This document shows, piece by piece, positions 9,721 to 19,954 of a stretch of 64,000 nucleotides of DNA. Under the pieces are notes generated by a model that was not told the DNA's origin, searched no databases, and saw only the letters and a list, made by a program, of their open reading frames with translations. Position numbers and translations under genes: made by a program. The stretch's first letter is position 1, and the number at the start of each line of letters is the position of its first letter. This DNA is from Ignisphaera sp. (lineage in GTDB: Archaea > Thermoproteota > Thermoprotei_A > Sulfolobales > Ignisphaeraceae): assembly GCA_038889075.1 (NCBI GenBank), contig JAWAHS010000002.1, forward strand, positions 298,224-362,223, in the 5' to 3' direction.

Positions 9721-10200
9721 CATATCGCTATACAATAGTATACCTATAGATGTTACAACCAATACCAACCAATACAAACAGATATGAAAAACGAAACAGT
9801 TGCACTAGGCTGTATTCTTAAAGTACACCAGTGTGGATACTGCTTACCAAACCGTTTTACAGCTATTCCTTGCTTTCCTAGGAAACTCTCTGATCTTCCT
9901 CTTCTCTGGAGATAGAGTAACCTTAGTTCAACTTCTCGCACCAAGTATCTTAGGAATTTACAATCTATGCCCTAAATATAGCCCATCGTTGTATGTATCT
10001 ACTCTAACTGTTAGCCTTCTCGTAAACAAGGTTTACGACTAATTTGTTCTTTAGATTTTACGGTATCTTGGGAACAATTTACGTGGAGGTTAGGATCTGT
10101 AGTTCAAACCATATTTACAGAATCTCTGGGTACACTACATCTTGTTGTAGTATGTGGCTATAGAACAAACTCTTAAAATCTTTACATAGGTGCTACCTAT

Positions 10201-10701
10201 TTGTTGAAGGTGCTATATGTTTCAATGGATAGCGGGTTGACTAGAGCCTTATCCTTTGTAGACTTTGGAGATATATGCAGGGGGTGTACTGTAAACTGCT
10301 GTAAAAGATTCTATGCGGTGTTACTACCGGAGGAGGAGGAGAGGTTTAGAGGAATGGCATTTACGGTAAGCACGCCTATTGGTGATGTAAAGGCGATCGG
10401 TGCAAAGGATGGAAAGCCGTGTCCATATCTGGACAGCATCGGTAGATGTAGTATATACCCATTTAGGTCTTTTGACTGTAGACTGTGGCCTATAATACTC
10501 TACTACGATTTTAATACAGGTGAAAAGGTGGTGTACCTGGATCTCGAGTGTCCTGCAGCAGCTGCTGGAAGGATAGATGAGAGCTTTATAAAGAGGGTTG
10601 TCGAGCTGTTAAAAGGCTGTAGGGTAGATATTGAGTGGTTGAAGAGGTATACACTTGCTCCATGGCCGAACAATCTAAGGGAAATAGCTAGATTCAGATA
10701 G
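10201..10701 (+). CDS. YkgJ/UPF0153 family cysteine-cluster protein
   Basis: CxxC..CC, CPYLD..GRCSIY..R...CRLWP. Confidence 0.85.
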   Translation: MLKVLYVSMDSGLTRALSFVDFGDICRGCTVNCCKRFYAVLLPEEEERFRGMAFTVSTPIGDVKAIGAKDGKPCPYLDSIGRCSIYPFRSFDCRLWPIILYYDFNTGEKVVYLDLECPAAAAGRIDESFIKRVVELLKGCRVDIEWLKRYTLAPWPNNLREIARFR

Positions 10702-10723
10702 CTAAAAGGTATCTCTACTCTAG

Positions 10724-11182
10724 CTACTCAAAGTATATCTTTGCACAGATCTTTCTTCCATGCATAGAATAGCCCTTAATAAATTCCCTAATAAATTCAT
10801 CAATAATAGGCTCTCTGAGGCTGTGGATAACATCCCATATTAGATAGGCTAAGTCGCTACAGTCGATATCTCTATCGATACTGGGATTTTCATTTAAGAT
10901 AACAGATCCCCAGTGCCATAAACCATTACTTTGAAACATATTTATAGGACTTGCAAATCCGTATCCAAAGCCAGAGACATTAACAATACCATCTTGATTA
11001 AATACAATCTCTATCCCGTGCATCCTTATATTGTCTATGTATTCAAGCATCTTAATTCGAGTAACATCTCTCTGTCTAGTTATAACTATCCTCCTGTGGA
11101 GTGTAGAATCCCTATTTATTTTTTGAAGCGTAATCCCGCCCGCTTCTATATATACTTTAATGGAGGTATAAGTGTTTCGCAT
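10724..11182 (-). CDS. Hypothetical protein
   Basis: 152-aa ORF filling the gap downstream of the RsmB gene; no motif recognised. Confidence 0.5.
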   Translation of the reverse strand: MRNTYTSIKVYIEAGGITLQKINRDSTLHRRIVITRQRDVTRIKMLEYIDNIRMHGIEIVFNQDGIVNVSGFGYGFASPINMFQSNGLWHWGSVILNENPSIDRDIDCSDLAYLIWDVIHSLREPIIDEFIREFIKGYSMHGRKICAKIYFE

Positions 11183-11247
11183 ATATAAGAATTATATAAA
11201 TTTAGATGAAAATACACTATTCAATACAGGAATTAAACGTGGTATGG

Positions 11248-12573
11248 CTAAGCCTCGAATCTTGCTATAAAGAAGCCCTCACATCTATCAATGTGTGGAA
11301 AGGTTCTACTCACAACATTCCACACTCTATACCTTCTATAGCCTCTAGAGGCCCTCAACCCCGTATCAACTAGTCTGTGACTAGAAATATTTCTAGCCAC
11401 CTCTTCAACCACTTCCTCACCCTCCTCGGGTAATATGGAACAGACGGAGTAGATGGCAGTGGAACTGTATTTCAGTGCATTGTAGAGCATATCGATCTGC
11501 GTCTTCTTCATCTTGGTTGGGATGGAGTGATCTCTAAGTGTTATCTTTATGCTTGGATCCTTTGATATAGCTCCACTGCTACTACATACGGCATCTATGA
11601 GTGCTAGATCAGCTCTATCTCTAAACGAAATCCCTCTACTATCTGTATGAAGTAGATCAATTTTAGATGTATCTACTCCGTACTGTTTAAGAAGAAGCCT
11701 CATAGAGTTTAACCTCTTAATCGAGAAGTCCATCGCTATTATCCTTGCCCTATTTTCTGTAAGCTGCATTATGAGAGAGGCCTTTATACCTGGAGCAGCA
11801 GCAAAGTCGTATATAACCATGTTCTCCTCCGGTCTTGCTGCCAATACTGCTAGTATGCTCGCTCTATCCTGTAGAACGATCGACCCATTTTTAAAGAGCT
11901 CCAGCTCTCTAATAGGTTTTGAACTCTTAACAACTCTAGCTAAGAATGGTATATCCCTATCATACTCGAGTACAACTCCCTCCTTCTCAAGAAGGTGGAA
12001 CGCCTTGTCAATATCAATCTTAAGGGTGTTGACCCTAATCCATATAACCCTTCTATTCATAGCCTCTAGAAGCTCCTCGACATCACTACTAGGTAGAACC
12101 TCTAGAAGTTTATCATAGAGCCACCTAGGATACGACAATCTTGCCCATACAGGCTTCACCTCAATACTATCAATACTAGGAATATCTCTCTGAACACTCT
12201 TCCTAAGCCTACTAGGAACAGCACCTCCACCCTCCTTTAGCCTAAGGTAGAGATAGATCTTAGCCAACATTCTGTAGCTGGGAATCGAACTTCCCCTAGC
12301 ACACTCAACAATGTATCTAACCCTATAGTAGTTTGAGATAAAATCACGAGAAAGCTTAAATAACTCTTCTCTAGCAATACCAGTAGCACCACATCCAAAC
12401 CTCCTACACACATAAACAAAAGCCCTTCTAACAGATATCTTCATCCTTTCAACGATATAGAGCACGTTTGCAATAATGGCTGAGACCTTATCGACATCCA
12501 CTGTAGACACGCTACTATATACATCCGTGAATTGTAGAGTAAATAAATGCAAATAGATGAACCGATTATACAA
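11248..12573 (-). CDS. RsmB/NOL1/NOP2 RNA m5C methyltransferase (true start probably ~25 codons downstream)
   Basis: IRVNTLK, QDRAS, DFAAAPGIK, DAVCSSSG, YSVCS, EEGE, EGFFIA. Confidence 0.88.
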   Translation of the reverse strand: MYNRFIYLHLFTLQFTDVYSSVSTVDVDKVSAIIANVLYIVERMKISVRRAFVYVCRRFGCGATGIAREELFKLSRDFISNYYRVRYIVECARGSSIPSYRMLAKIYLYLRLKEGGGAVPSRLRKSVQRDIPSIDSIEVKPVWARLSYPRWLYDKLLEVLPSSDVEELLEAMNRRVIWIRVNTLKIDIDKAFHLLEKEGVVLEYDRDIPFLARVVKSSKPIRELELFKNGSIVLQDRASILAVLAARPEENMVIYDFAAAPGIKASLIMQLTENRARIIAMDFSIKRLNSMRLLLKQYGVDTSKIDLLHTDSRGISFRDRADLALIDAVCSSSGAISKDPSIKITLRDHSIPTKMKKTQIDMLYNALKYSSTAIYSVCSILPEEGEEVVEEVARNISSHRLVDTGLRASRGYRRYRVWNVVSRTFPHIDRCEGFFIARFEA

Positions 12574-12905
12574 CTTGAGATCATCTATAGCTAAAGAAAA
12601 CCGGTGAACTGATCTATTGAAGATAGCAACTTATAGTTGGGAGATGGTTTACGATATTTAGAATCTGCTGACCTTTCAACAGTTTACAGAATAGAATCTT
12701 CAGGATTCGACAAAATGCTTAGCTTTACATTGACGAAAATACCATTTCTACTGCAACAAAGTACTGTATTTAAAGAATATGGCATCCAGGTACCCTACTA
12801 CAGTTATTTTCATATTGTTTCTGTAATTTGTTTGAAACATTTTTAGTGTTTTGAAATAAATATTTTAGCTACATATTCACAACTGTCACGTGATCGGTGT
12901 TTTAG

Positions 12906-14219
12906 GTGCTTCGCAGTAAGGATTTCATTGTACTTGAAATAATATTCCTATCTATAGTTATAGGATCGCTAACTATATCGTACAACCTTTATCTCCATAG
13001 ACACGATCTGGAGATAGCTGTAGGTATCACCAAGCCGGTAGCGATCTCTAACGAATATATTCAAAGAGTAACAGAATTTATTAATGAAGTTAAACAGGAT
13101 GTCTCTAGAATAAGGCAGCTTAGCTTTGATAAAGAGATAGATGTGGTGATAATAAATACAACATGGGCTGTGAGGATGTGGGCTCCTAAGGAGGATAGCA
13201 TTTCTGAAGATATGATCTATAGAGAGGTAGTGTATAAGGCAACACTTCTTGTTCCATACAATTTTAGTATAGTTGCAGGTCAGAGGGGATGGGTTGCAAT
13301 GTTTCTAGCAGCTACAGCAGGTACAACACTTTACATAAATACAGACTACTTTAATCCTGAGCATAGTGTGGCTAGGAATGTGCTTGCTCACGAACTTACA
13401 CACATACTCCAGCACCTCCACCTTAAGATGGCGATGGAGAGCACTACTGCAGATAGCATTATGGCCTACTCAGCTCTTATAGAGGGCGATGCTGGTTGGA
13501 CACAGCATCTCTACTGTATGGATACAGGTTTATGTACTCCATCTCCAGCATTAGCTATAGATGTTAGAAATCCGTATACATCCCTACTCCTATTCCCGTA
13601 CATATACGGTGAGAGTTTCGTAAAAACACTATACTCATACGGTGGATGGGAGCTTGTTAATAGAGCGTACTCAAAGCCTCCAATATCTACGTCTATGGTT
13701 ATGAGGCCGGAGAGGTACATAGCTTATCTATTCAATGGAAGCTTTCTACCAGAAAATGTAACTATATCACGTAGCCTCTGCCAATATGGAGAGCCTCTAT
13801 ATAGTGATACGTTAGGCGAATACTATATATTGCTTGTGCTTGCTCAGAGGATAGGGTTGGAGGAGGCAATGCGTGCTGCCGATGGCTGGAGTGGGGATAG
13901 AGTTGAATTATATAGAGATACAGGTTCCAGGTATCCGAAATGGATGCTGTGCTGGAATATATCATGGACATCCCAGGAAGAGGCTAGAGAATTCTACCAA
14001 TCATTCATACGGGCACTAAAGAGCAGCACAGAGAGTATATCCATCTATGGAAATACAGCCTATGCTAAGATATACGCTGAGGAAATACGTAGGGGATGGG
14101 AACCGGGGGTAGAGATAGTACCACAAGCAATCAACTTAAGCATATCGATAAACGATAGGTATGTTGCAATATTTTCAGAAGTTACGGAATTGACATACAT
14201 TTGTAAAGCATGTGGCTGA
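12906..14219 (+). CDS. Membrane-anchored zinc metallopeptidase-like surface protein
   Basis: N-terminal TM; HELTHILQ (HExxH), ALIEGDA, FPY..G..FV, AADGWSGD. Confidence 0.7.
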   Translation: MLRSKDFIVLEIIFLSIVIGSLTISYNLYLHRHDLEIAVGITKPVAISNEYIQRVTEFINEVKQDVSRIRQLSFDKEIDVVIINTTWAVRMWAPKEDSISEDMIYREVVYKATLLVPYNFSIVAGQRGWVAMFLAATAGTTLYINTDYFNPEHSVARNVLAHELTHILQHLHLKMAMESTTADSIMAYSALIEGDAGWTQHLYCMDTGLCTPSPALAIDVRNPYTSLLLFPYIYGESFVKTLYSYGGWELVNRAYSKPPISTSMVMRPERYIAYLFNGSFLPENVTISRSLCQYGEPLYSDTLGEYYILLVLAQRIGLEEAMRAADGWSGDRVELYRDTGSRYPKWMLCWNISWTSQEEAREFYQSFIRALKSSTESISIYGNTAYAKIYAEEIRRGWEPGVEIVPQAINLSISINDRYVAIFSEVTELTYICKACG

Positions 14220-14269
14220 GAATTCTATATTCTATTGTATAAGGATTGGTTCTACAGAAAATGTTGGAC

Positions 14270-15256
14270 TTAGATTTCGCTAATTATCATGTTTATTAGA
14301 TTCTTTCTCCTTACGCTAACTAAAGCTTTCTCTATCTCATCCCTTGTTGGTGCATCACTAGATGAAATTCTAGATCTTTTTAAACCAGCTGCTATAGATG
14401 CGTATTCAATTGCACTTAATATACTCTTATCCTCAAGATATTTAGCTACAAATACACCTGTAAAAACATCGCCACAGCCAGCAGTAGTTTTTGCATCAAG
14501 TCCTAGTCCCTCTAGATTTAATGGAGAGACCCTTATAATTTTTCCAGATCTTCGATCTATCGCTATAGCACCTTCAGCTCCAAGCTTTACAATAATAGAA
14601 CATCTGGTCTCCAGATTGCGGAGGTTCTGAGGATGTACATCTATATCGAATCCGAAGATCTCTATGAATTCGTATCTATTCGGAAGAATAAAACATTCAT
14701 TCTCTATATTAGCTAAATCGTCCACCCTAAACCAGCTCACACCCGGATCTAAAAAGATGGTAGCACCCTTTCTATTAGCTATATCTATTAGGTTTAGAGC
14801 TGTCTCCCTAGTAGTATTGGCGAGGACTACAGCATCCATTCTATCTATATTTATATATCTACCTGGATCTGGAGGATACTCATTGGCATTTGGAATGGTT
14901 ACAATAGTTGCCTCGCGATTCTTATCAATAAATACATAGGCTTCACCGCTCGACTTACCATATATGGATAGACATGATGTATCTATACCTTCGGAAGCTA
15001 GTACACTAACTATGTACTCTGCATGATCGCTACCTATAGTTGCAATAAGTTTCAATCTAAACCCTCTATTAAATCTAGCAATAGCTATTGCTATGTTTGC
15101 ACCACTGCCACCAATACATTTGGAGATAAGTCTACCTCTATACTTTCTACCTCTTATGAAAACATCGCTCAACTCAATAATTGTATCAATATTGATTCTA
15201 CCTGCTATATAGATGTTGCACAAGATTTTCACCATTAACAGAATATATGCATCCAA
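14270..15256 (-). CDS. PfkB/ribokinase family carbohydrate kinase
   Basis: GGSGANIA, PNRYE, VKLGAEG, TAGCGDVF. Confidence 0.88.
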   Translation of the reverse strand: MDAYILLMVKILCNIYIAGRINIDTIIELSDVFIRGRKYRGRLISKCIGGSGANIAIAIARFNRGFRLKLIATIGSDHAEYIVSVLASEGIDTSCLSIYGKSSGEAYVFIDKNREATIVTIPNANEYPPDPGRYINIDRMDAVVLANTTRETALNLIDIANRKGATIFLDPGVSWFRVDDLANIENECFILPNRYEFIEIFGFDIDVHPQNLRNLETRCSIIVKLGAEGAIAIDRRSGKIIRVSPLNLEGLGLDAKTTAGCGDVFTGVFVAKYLEDKSILSAIEYASIAAGLKRSRISSSDAPTRDEIEKALVSVRRKNLINMIISEI

Positions 15257-15369
15257 CTATGCCATGGGTGTATGCACTTTCCTATGTCGTTGTACTATGT
15301 AGAGCTATTTCAATTGATTGAATAGGGTAGCCGAAATAGAAAACATCTTCATCATTGTAATACGGCACT

Positions 15370-16320
15370 CTATGTTATGGTCTGGATCGCTACAGGAACC
15401 TCCACATTATATCTCCTACTACCCCTAATGATCTCAAGCTCCACATACCCTTTCTCTATAGACTCTTCGACAGCCATTCTCAATTCCCTTGGAGATGAAA
15501 TTTCTCTACCATTTGCTCTAATCAATATATCACCCCTGGCTATACCGACCTCATGGGCAGGACTACCCCTTACAACACCAACTACTACAAGACCTCTACT
15601 AATAGGTAGCCTAAACATCCTTGCCTGCTCCTGTGTTATAGGTGCTACATACACTCCTATCCATGCAACTATTGGACGGCCATACTTGGATATCATCTCC
15701 AGGAATCTCTTAACGGTATTTATGGGGATTGCAAAGCCTATACCCTGTGCATATGGTATGATGGCTGTTGTTACACCTATAGCCTCGCCACTAACATTTA
15801 CTAGAGGACCACCACTGTTACCTGGATTTATGGCAGCATCCGTCTGGATGAGATCCTCTAGAATAATGTTCTCACCACTTATCGTTCTTCCAATAGCGCT
15901 TATAACACCCATTGTTACAGTGGCTCCTGGCAACCCTAGGGGTGAGCCTATTGCAAATACTATCTCCCCTACTCTAATTTTATCAGAATCACCTAGCGTA
16001 ATGGGTTTTAGATTGGTTGTATCAACTTTTACGAGAGCTAGATCTCTATATGGGTCTGTAGCAACGACCTCAGCTTCTATTGTTTCTCCAGTTGGTAGAA
16101 CTACGTATACCGTTGAGGAGCCCTGTACAACGTGGTTATTGGTAACTATATACCCCCTACTATGAATTATAAAACCCGAGCCTACTCCTCTAACTGGAGC
16201 TAGGCCAAAGAACTCATCCATGGCTATCCTAACGGTTGATATAGTTACAACACTCTGCATCGCTTTTGCTACTATTTCTGTAATACTGTTACTAAACTCC
16301 TTTATATCCAAGATCTTCAC
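15370..16320 (-). CDS. htrA: HtrA/DegP-like serine protease with PDZ domain
   Basis: GSGF, TNNHVV, DLAL, QTDAAINPGNSGGPL; C-terminal PDZ. Confidence 0.92.
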   Translation of the reverse strand: MKILDIKEFSNSITEIVAKAMQSVVTISTVRIAMDEFFGLAPVRGVGSGFIIHSRGYIVTNNHVVQGSSTVYVVLPTGETIEAEVVATDPYRDLALVKVDTTNLKPITLGDSDKIRVGEIVFAIGSPLGLPGATVTMGVISAIGRTISGENIILEDLIQTDAAINPGNSGGPLVNVSGEAIGVTTAIIPYAQGIGFAIPINTVKRFLEMISKYGRPIVAWIGVYVAPITQEQARMFRLPISRGLVVVGVVRGSPAHEVGIARGDILIRANGREISSPRELRMAVEESIEKGYVELEIIRGSRRYNVEVPVAIQTIT

Positions 16321-16374
16321 CTAGGTTATCTGCACAAAAAGAAGTTATAACTGTTTCCCACTATAAGCATATCT

Positions 16375-16716
16375 GTGGTTAGAATGTTTAGAGTTGTGTA
16401 TGAGGCAGTGCTCCGTGGACTTCCAGAGGAGCTAGAGTGTCTATCAAATCTGTATAGAGTTCTAAGTACAAAGGGTATGTGTATAGGCTCACAGACTATG
16501 TTTATATGCAGCTATAGAGATAGCATCATTATAAAGGTTACCCCCCACTCATCGAAATATATCCAGGGGATGCAGCTGTACAGAGATGTTGCACAGCCGC
16601 TCACCATTGCAATAGTTATAGAGGGTGGTGGTGCTGATGATATAATCGATGCTACTACCACTGTCTATGACGCGGCTAAGAGCTGTGGATTGTCAATAAG
16701 GTTGCTCTCTGAATAG
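16375..16716 (+). CDS. Hypothetical protein
   Basis: 113-aa ORF divergent from htrA. Confidence 0.55.
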   Translation: MVRMFRVVYEAVLRGLPEELECLSNLYRVLSTKGMCIGSQTMFICSYRDSIIIKVTPHSSKYIQGMQLYRDVAQPLTIAIVIEGGGADDIIDATTTVYDAAKSCGLSIRLLSE

Positions 16717-16808
16717 AGGTCCTTCCTCACCTTATCTTTTCTTCTGTGAGCTGGTACAGCTATTTAACTAGACATTAAAAGCTTGTAGAGAGTTTTAGAA
16801 GTATTGCT

Positions 16809-18704
16809 CTACTGTTTTAAAAGTTTGGATATGCGGCTATGTACCCTATGTTCGATAATCTTTATGAATTCAATAGCGATGGTTATAGCCAGTAGAATTG
16901 TAAATATATTGAGTATATAGTTAGTGATATCGATTAGGATCCTCTGAGCCCGTATAATGGCTAGACAGTAATTTATAGGGTACCTAATAAAGATTGAAGT
17001 TAGAAGTATTATCATCTCTATTGAAACTCTCATATAGACTGTTGTTGTCATCCAGAGGCTTTTAGATATAAAATCCTTGATACTGATAAGAATATACCAC
17101 AATCCTCTCACAACTCTATAAGCAAAATATATCATTACAGCTAGCTCAACAACTAAAATTACCTCCCATACTATTGTAGGCATATCTTCAGCCAGATATC
17201 TATGAAGATATTCAAGTCCTAGAGCCGTCGTATATATTAGAAGGATTAATATTAGAGAATCTCTGACAACATCGTGAATAGCAATTCTTACTGGTGTGAA
17301 TATTATTGGTCTTGGCATAGCCCTCTTAACAAACTTCACAAGACTTTGTCCTTGCAGTACTCTTCTACCCTTGACAATAAGGATTGTTATCTTAGCTATA
17401 AAGTACCAGCTGGAGAAAAGGATATATAGTAAACCTAGAAGTGGTTGTTTGAATATTAGAGCTAGAGCTATAACTGCTATCCGTACATCTCTTGTAGGCC
17501 ATGGAAAAGAGGTTCTGGCCTTCACTACAAAATCCCTGTCTCTAATTAAATTGCTTAGGAAGCTGACATATATTGAGCCGAGGAGGGCTAGGAACGAAAG
17601 CACTATATACTCTATCCGTAGGGGCCAAATCCCAAGAATGAAACCCTGATATACTAGCCCAGCTATAAGAAGTGTATCGACAATTCTATCCAGGGTTGTA
17701 TCGAGGATTGCTCCAAACTCTGTCTGTCTATTGAATAGTCTGGCGACCTCGCCATCAACACCATCGAGAATTGATGACAGGGAAGCGAGAATAGCACCTA
17801 AGGTATACATGTTTAGATAGGCCGCAACAGCACCAGCTATACCTATAATGAAAACTAGAGCTGTTATTATACTTGGATCAACAAATATACCATTTTTGTA
17901 TAGAAAAAGGCTAATCCTTGTTGAAATCCTTCTATTTATATATCTAGCTACAATACCATCGCTATCCTTGATGAGATTCCTTCTCATAATCTCCCAATAG
18001 ATCTTCCTAGCCTTAGCTAAATCTTCAACAGAGTCTACATCTATCCAGCGTAGACCAGTTACATCTACAAAACCAACAAGTCCCCTCCTAGCCAGTATAT
18101 TTATGAAGTTGGATAGTGTAGCACTCCTCCCATACTCTTTCACAACATTGCTTATTTCTATAAATAGCTTCTTAGGGATATAGAATAGACCTGTATCGAT
18201 ACCTGTCAATGGAGGTATATCCTTTCCGGCTAAAACTACAGCCGAACCATCTATGATTACCTTCAGCCCCTCTACAGCTTCCTCACCGCGTACAGATCTG
18301 TCTAGGCATAGCAGAACTCTATCCCTATCTCTAGTAGATGCCTTAATAAGATTCTTTAGAATACTGGACTCATATACATGGTCAGACATACTAACAATAA
18401 TATCATCTTCTATACCCATCTCCTTAAGTTTCTCAATTGCTTGGTAGAGCGTCCATAGATTACCATCACCTGGAATAACATCGACGACCACTATTCTACT
18501 GCTAGATACTTTAGTAGAGAAAATATCCTTGAGATCGCCTCTGGTAGCTATATACACTTCAACAATACCAACTTCACCCATAACCTTCATTATATAATCT
18601 ATAATCGATATTCCATGTTCTAGCTCGATTAACGACTTTGGTATAGATTCAGTATGGGGTCTAAGTCTAGTACCATATCCAGCAGCAATAACAATACCAA
18701 TCAT
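16809..18704 (-). CDS. Bifunctional inositol-1-phosphate cytidylyltransferase / DIPP synthase (IPCT/DIPPS) with extra C-terminal membrane domain
   Basis: AAGYGTRL NTP-transferase; DGIVARYINRRIS; CDP-alcohol phosphotransferase motif DGVDGEVAR...GAILDTTLD. Confidence 0.82.
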   Translation of the reverse strand: MIGIVIAAGYGTRLRPHTESIPKSLIELEHGISIIDYIMKVMGEVGIVEVYIATRGDLKDIFSTKVSSSRIVVVDVIPGDGNLWTLYQAIEKLKEMGIEDDIIVSMSDHVYESSILKNLIKASTRDRDRVLLCLDRSVRGEEAVEGLKVIIDGSAVVLAGKDIPPLTGIDTGLFYIPKKLFIEISNVVKEYGRSATLSNFINILARRGLVGFVDVTGLRWIDVDSVEDLAKARKIYWEIMRRNLIKDSDGIVARYINRRISTRISLFLYKNGIFVDPSIITALVFIIGIAGAVAAYLNMYTLGAILASLSSILDGVDGEVARLFNRQTEFGAILDTTLDRIVDTLLIAGLVYQGFILGIWPLRIEYIVLSFLALLGSIYVSFLSNLIRDRDFVVKARTSFPWPTRDVRIAVIALALIFKQPLLGLLYILFSSWYFIAKITILIVKGRRVLQGQSLVKFVKRAMPRPIIFTPVRIAIHDVVRDSLILILLIYTTALGLEYLHRYLAEDMPTIVWEVILVVELAVMIYFAYRVVRGLWYILISIKDFISKSLWMTTTVYMRVSIEMIILLTSIFIRYPINYCLAIIRAQRILIDITNYILNIFTILLAITIAIEFIKIIEHRVHSRISKLLKQ

Positions 18705-18836
18705 TCTCTAACCCACTATATAGCAGATATATGAATATTAATAACCGTTAATGCCAGCTGAAATAGTTAGTCCATGAATGAATTCTATGGAATAACATTT
18801 ATCTAAAATCTTCTAATACATGTTTCTAGCTCTAAT

Positions 18837-19949
18837 TCAATGCGTTGTGATAAATATGTATACTATTATTGCTAAGAGTATGATTAATCCAAGTATAAGG
18901 GAGAGAGCAATTAATGAATTTTCAAAGGATCTCTGAATAGAGTGAATGGAATGTATAAAGCGATGTCTTATCAGGTTCAGAAATCTGTATTCGAATTCTA
19001 TACTTATTCTAACTATGGAGGATAATATTCTACGTGCAGGTGGCGAATCTATATCAACCATTCTATCAATTTTATTCTCAATTTTACGGAAATCCGGCTT
19101 TAGTGACGTGATGTCTATGGAGATTCTACGATGTTTCTTATAAAGATGAATAGCATAACTACACATTCTTCTAACATATTTCAAAAGGGCTAGTAGTGGT
19201 ACTGATAGATAGAGATGAATTCTATAGATATTCGAAGTTATTAAGGAAGTAAAAATCGACTGGCATCTTCTACAAGTTCTAAAAATAGTTGTTGAACCAT
19301 GGTGGATTAGTGTGAGGAAAATCCACAATGGGAGAGTGAGTATGGCAGGTAGTAAGAGACGTATGATATCGATATTTAGAGAGAAGCATGTATGGGACAC
19401 ACCAACCGATATGTATAGTACTGTAAACCTTTGGAGATAGTTAAGGTTTATATTTATGGAGGCTACCGCTAAGGAATATATGTGGACTCTCTGTACAGCT
19501 TCCCATAGGGGGAGTAGCATCATGACTACAACTATAATCTGTATATACGGCTGAATTCTGTCCGCCATGTATATCATATAGTAGTAAGTGGGTACTAAAA
19601 TGGGTAGCATGCAACATATGATGATACCACTTGTTGTATTATTTGTAATAAGTAAGAGTAGTGAAAATACGGATAGCTCTACAGCCAATAGCTTTATGGA
19701 TAGTTCTAACATGGCGGGGTTTCCATCTAGGTATGCATAAGATGCTATGAATATTGTCAGTACTAGTAGAGCTGATTCTATACCTACTATAGTAGTGATT
19801 AAGTAGTGGCGTTCATTGACAGGAACTACCCCTCTAGATCTAATTAGATGTTCTTCAATATAGTTGTTCAGAAAACCATATAAATTTGAGAGATAGATGG
19901 AGGCCACCGATATAAGAAGTGAAGGTAGATACGTGGAAAGCGCTATCAT
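18837..19949 (-). CDS. Hypothetical multi-pass membrane protein, last gene of the Mrp operon
   Basis: 370-aa hydrophobic ORF starting 5 nt after the previous stop. Confidence 0.6.
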   Translation of the reverse strand: MIALSTYLPSLLISVASIYLSNLYGFLNNYIEEHLIRSRGVVPVNERHYLITTIVGIESALLVLTIFIASYAYLDGNPAMLELSIKLLAVELSVFSLLLLITNNTTSGIIICCMLPILVPTYYYMIYMADRIQPYIQIIVVVMMLLPLWEAVQRVHIYSLAVASININLNYLQRFTVLYISVGVSHTCFSLNIDIIRLLLPAILTLPLWIFLTLIHHGSTTIFRTCRRCQSIFTSLITSNIYRIHLYLSVPLLALLKYVRRMCSYAIHLYKKHRRISIDITSLKPDFRKIENKIDRMVDIDSPPARRILSSIVRISIEFEYRFLNLIRHRFIHSIHSIQRSFENSLIALSLILGLIILLAIIVYIFITTH

Positions 19950-19954
19950 TAGAT

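Noticed and set aside
15377-16165. 262-aa plus-strand ORF
   Set aside because: Antisense shadow of htrA; the same applies to the many short ORFs opposite well-supported genes
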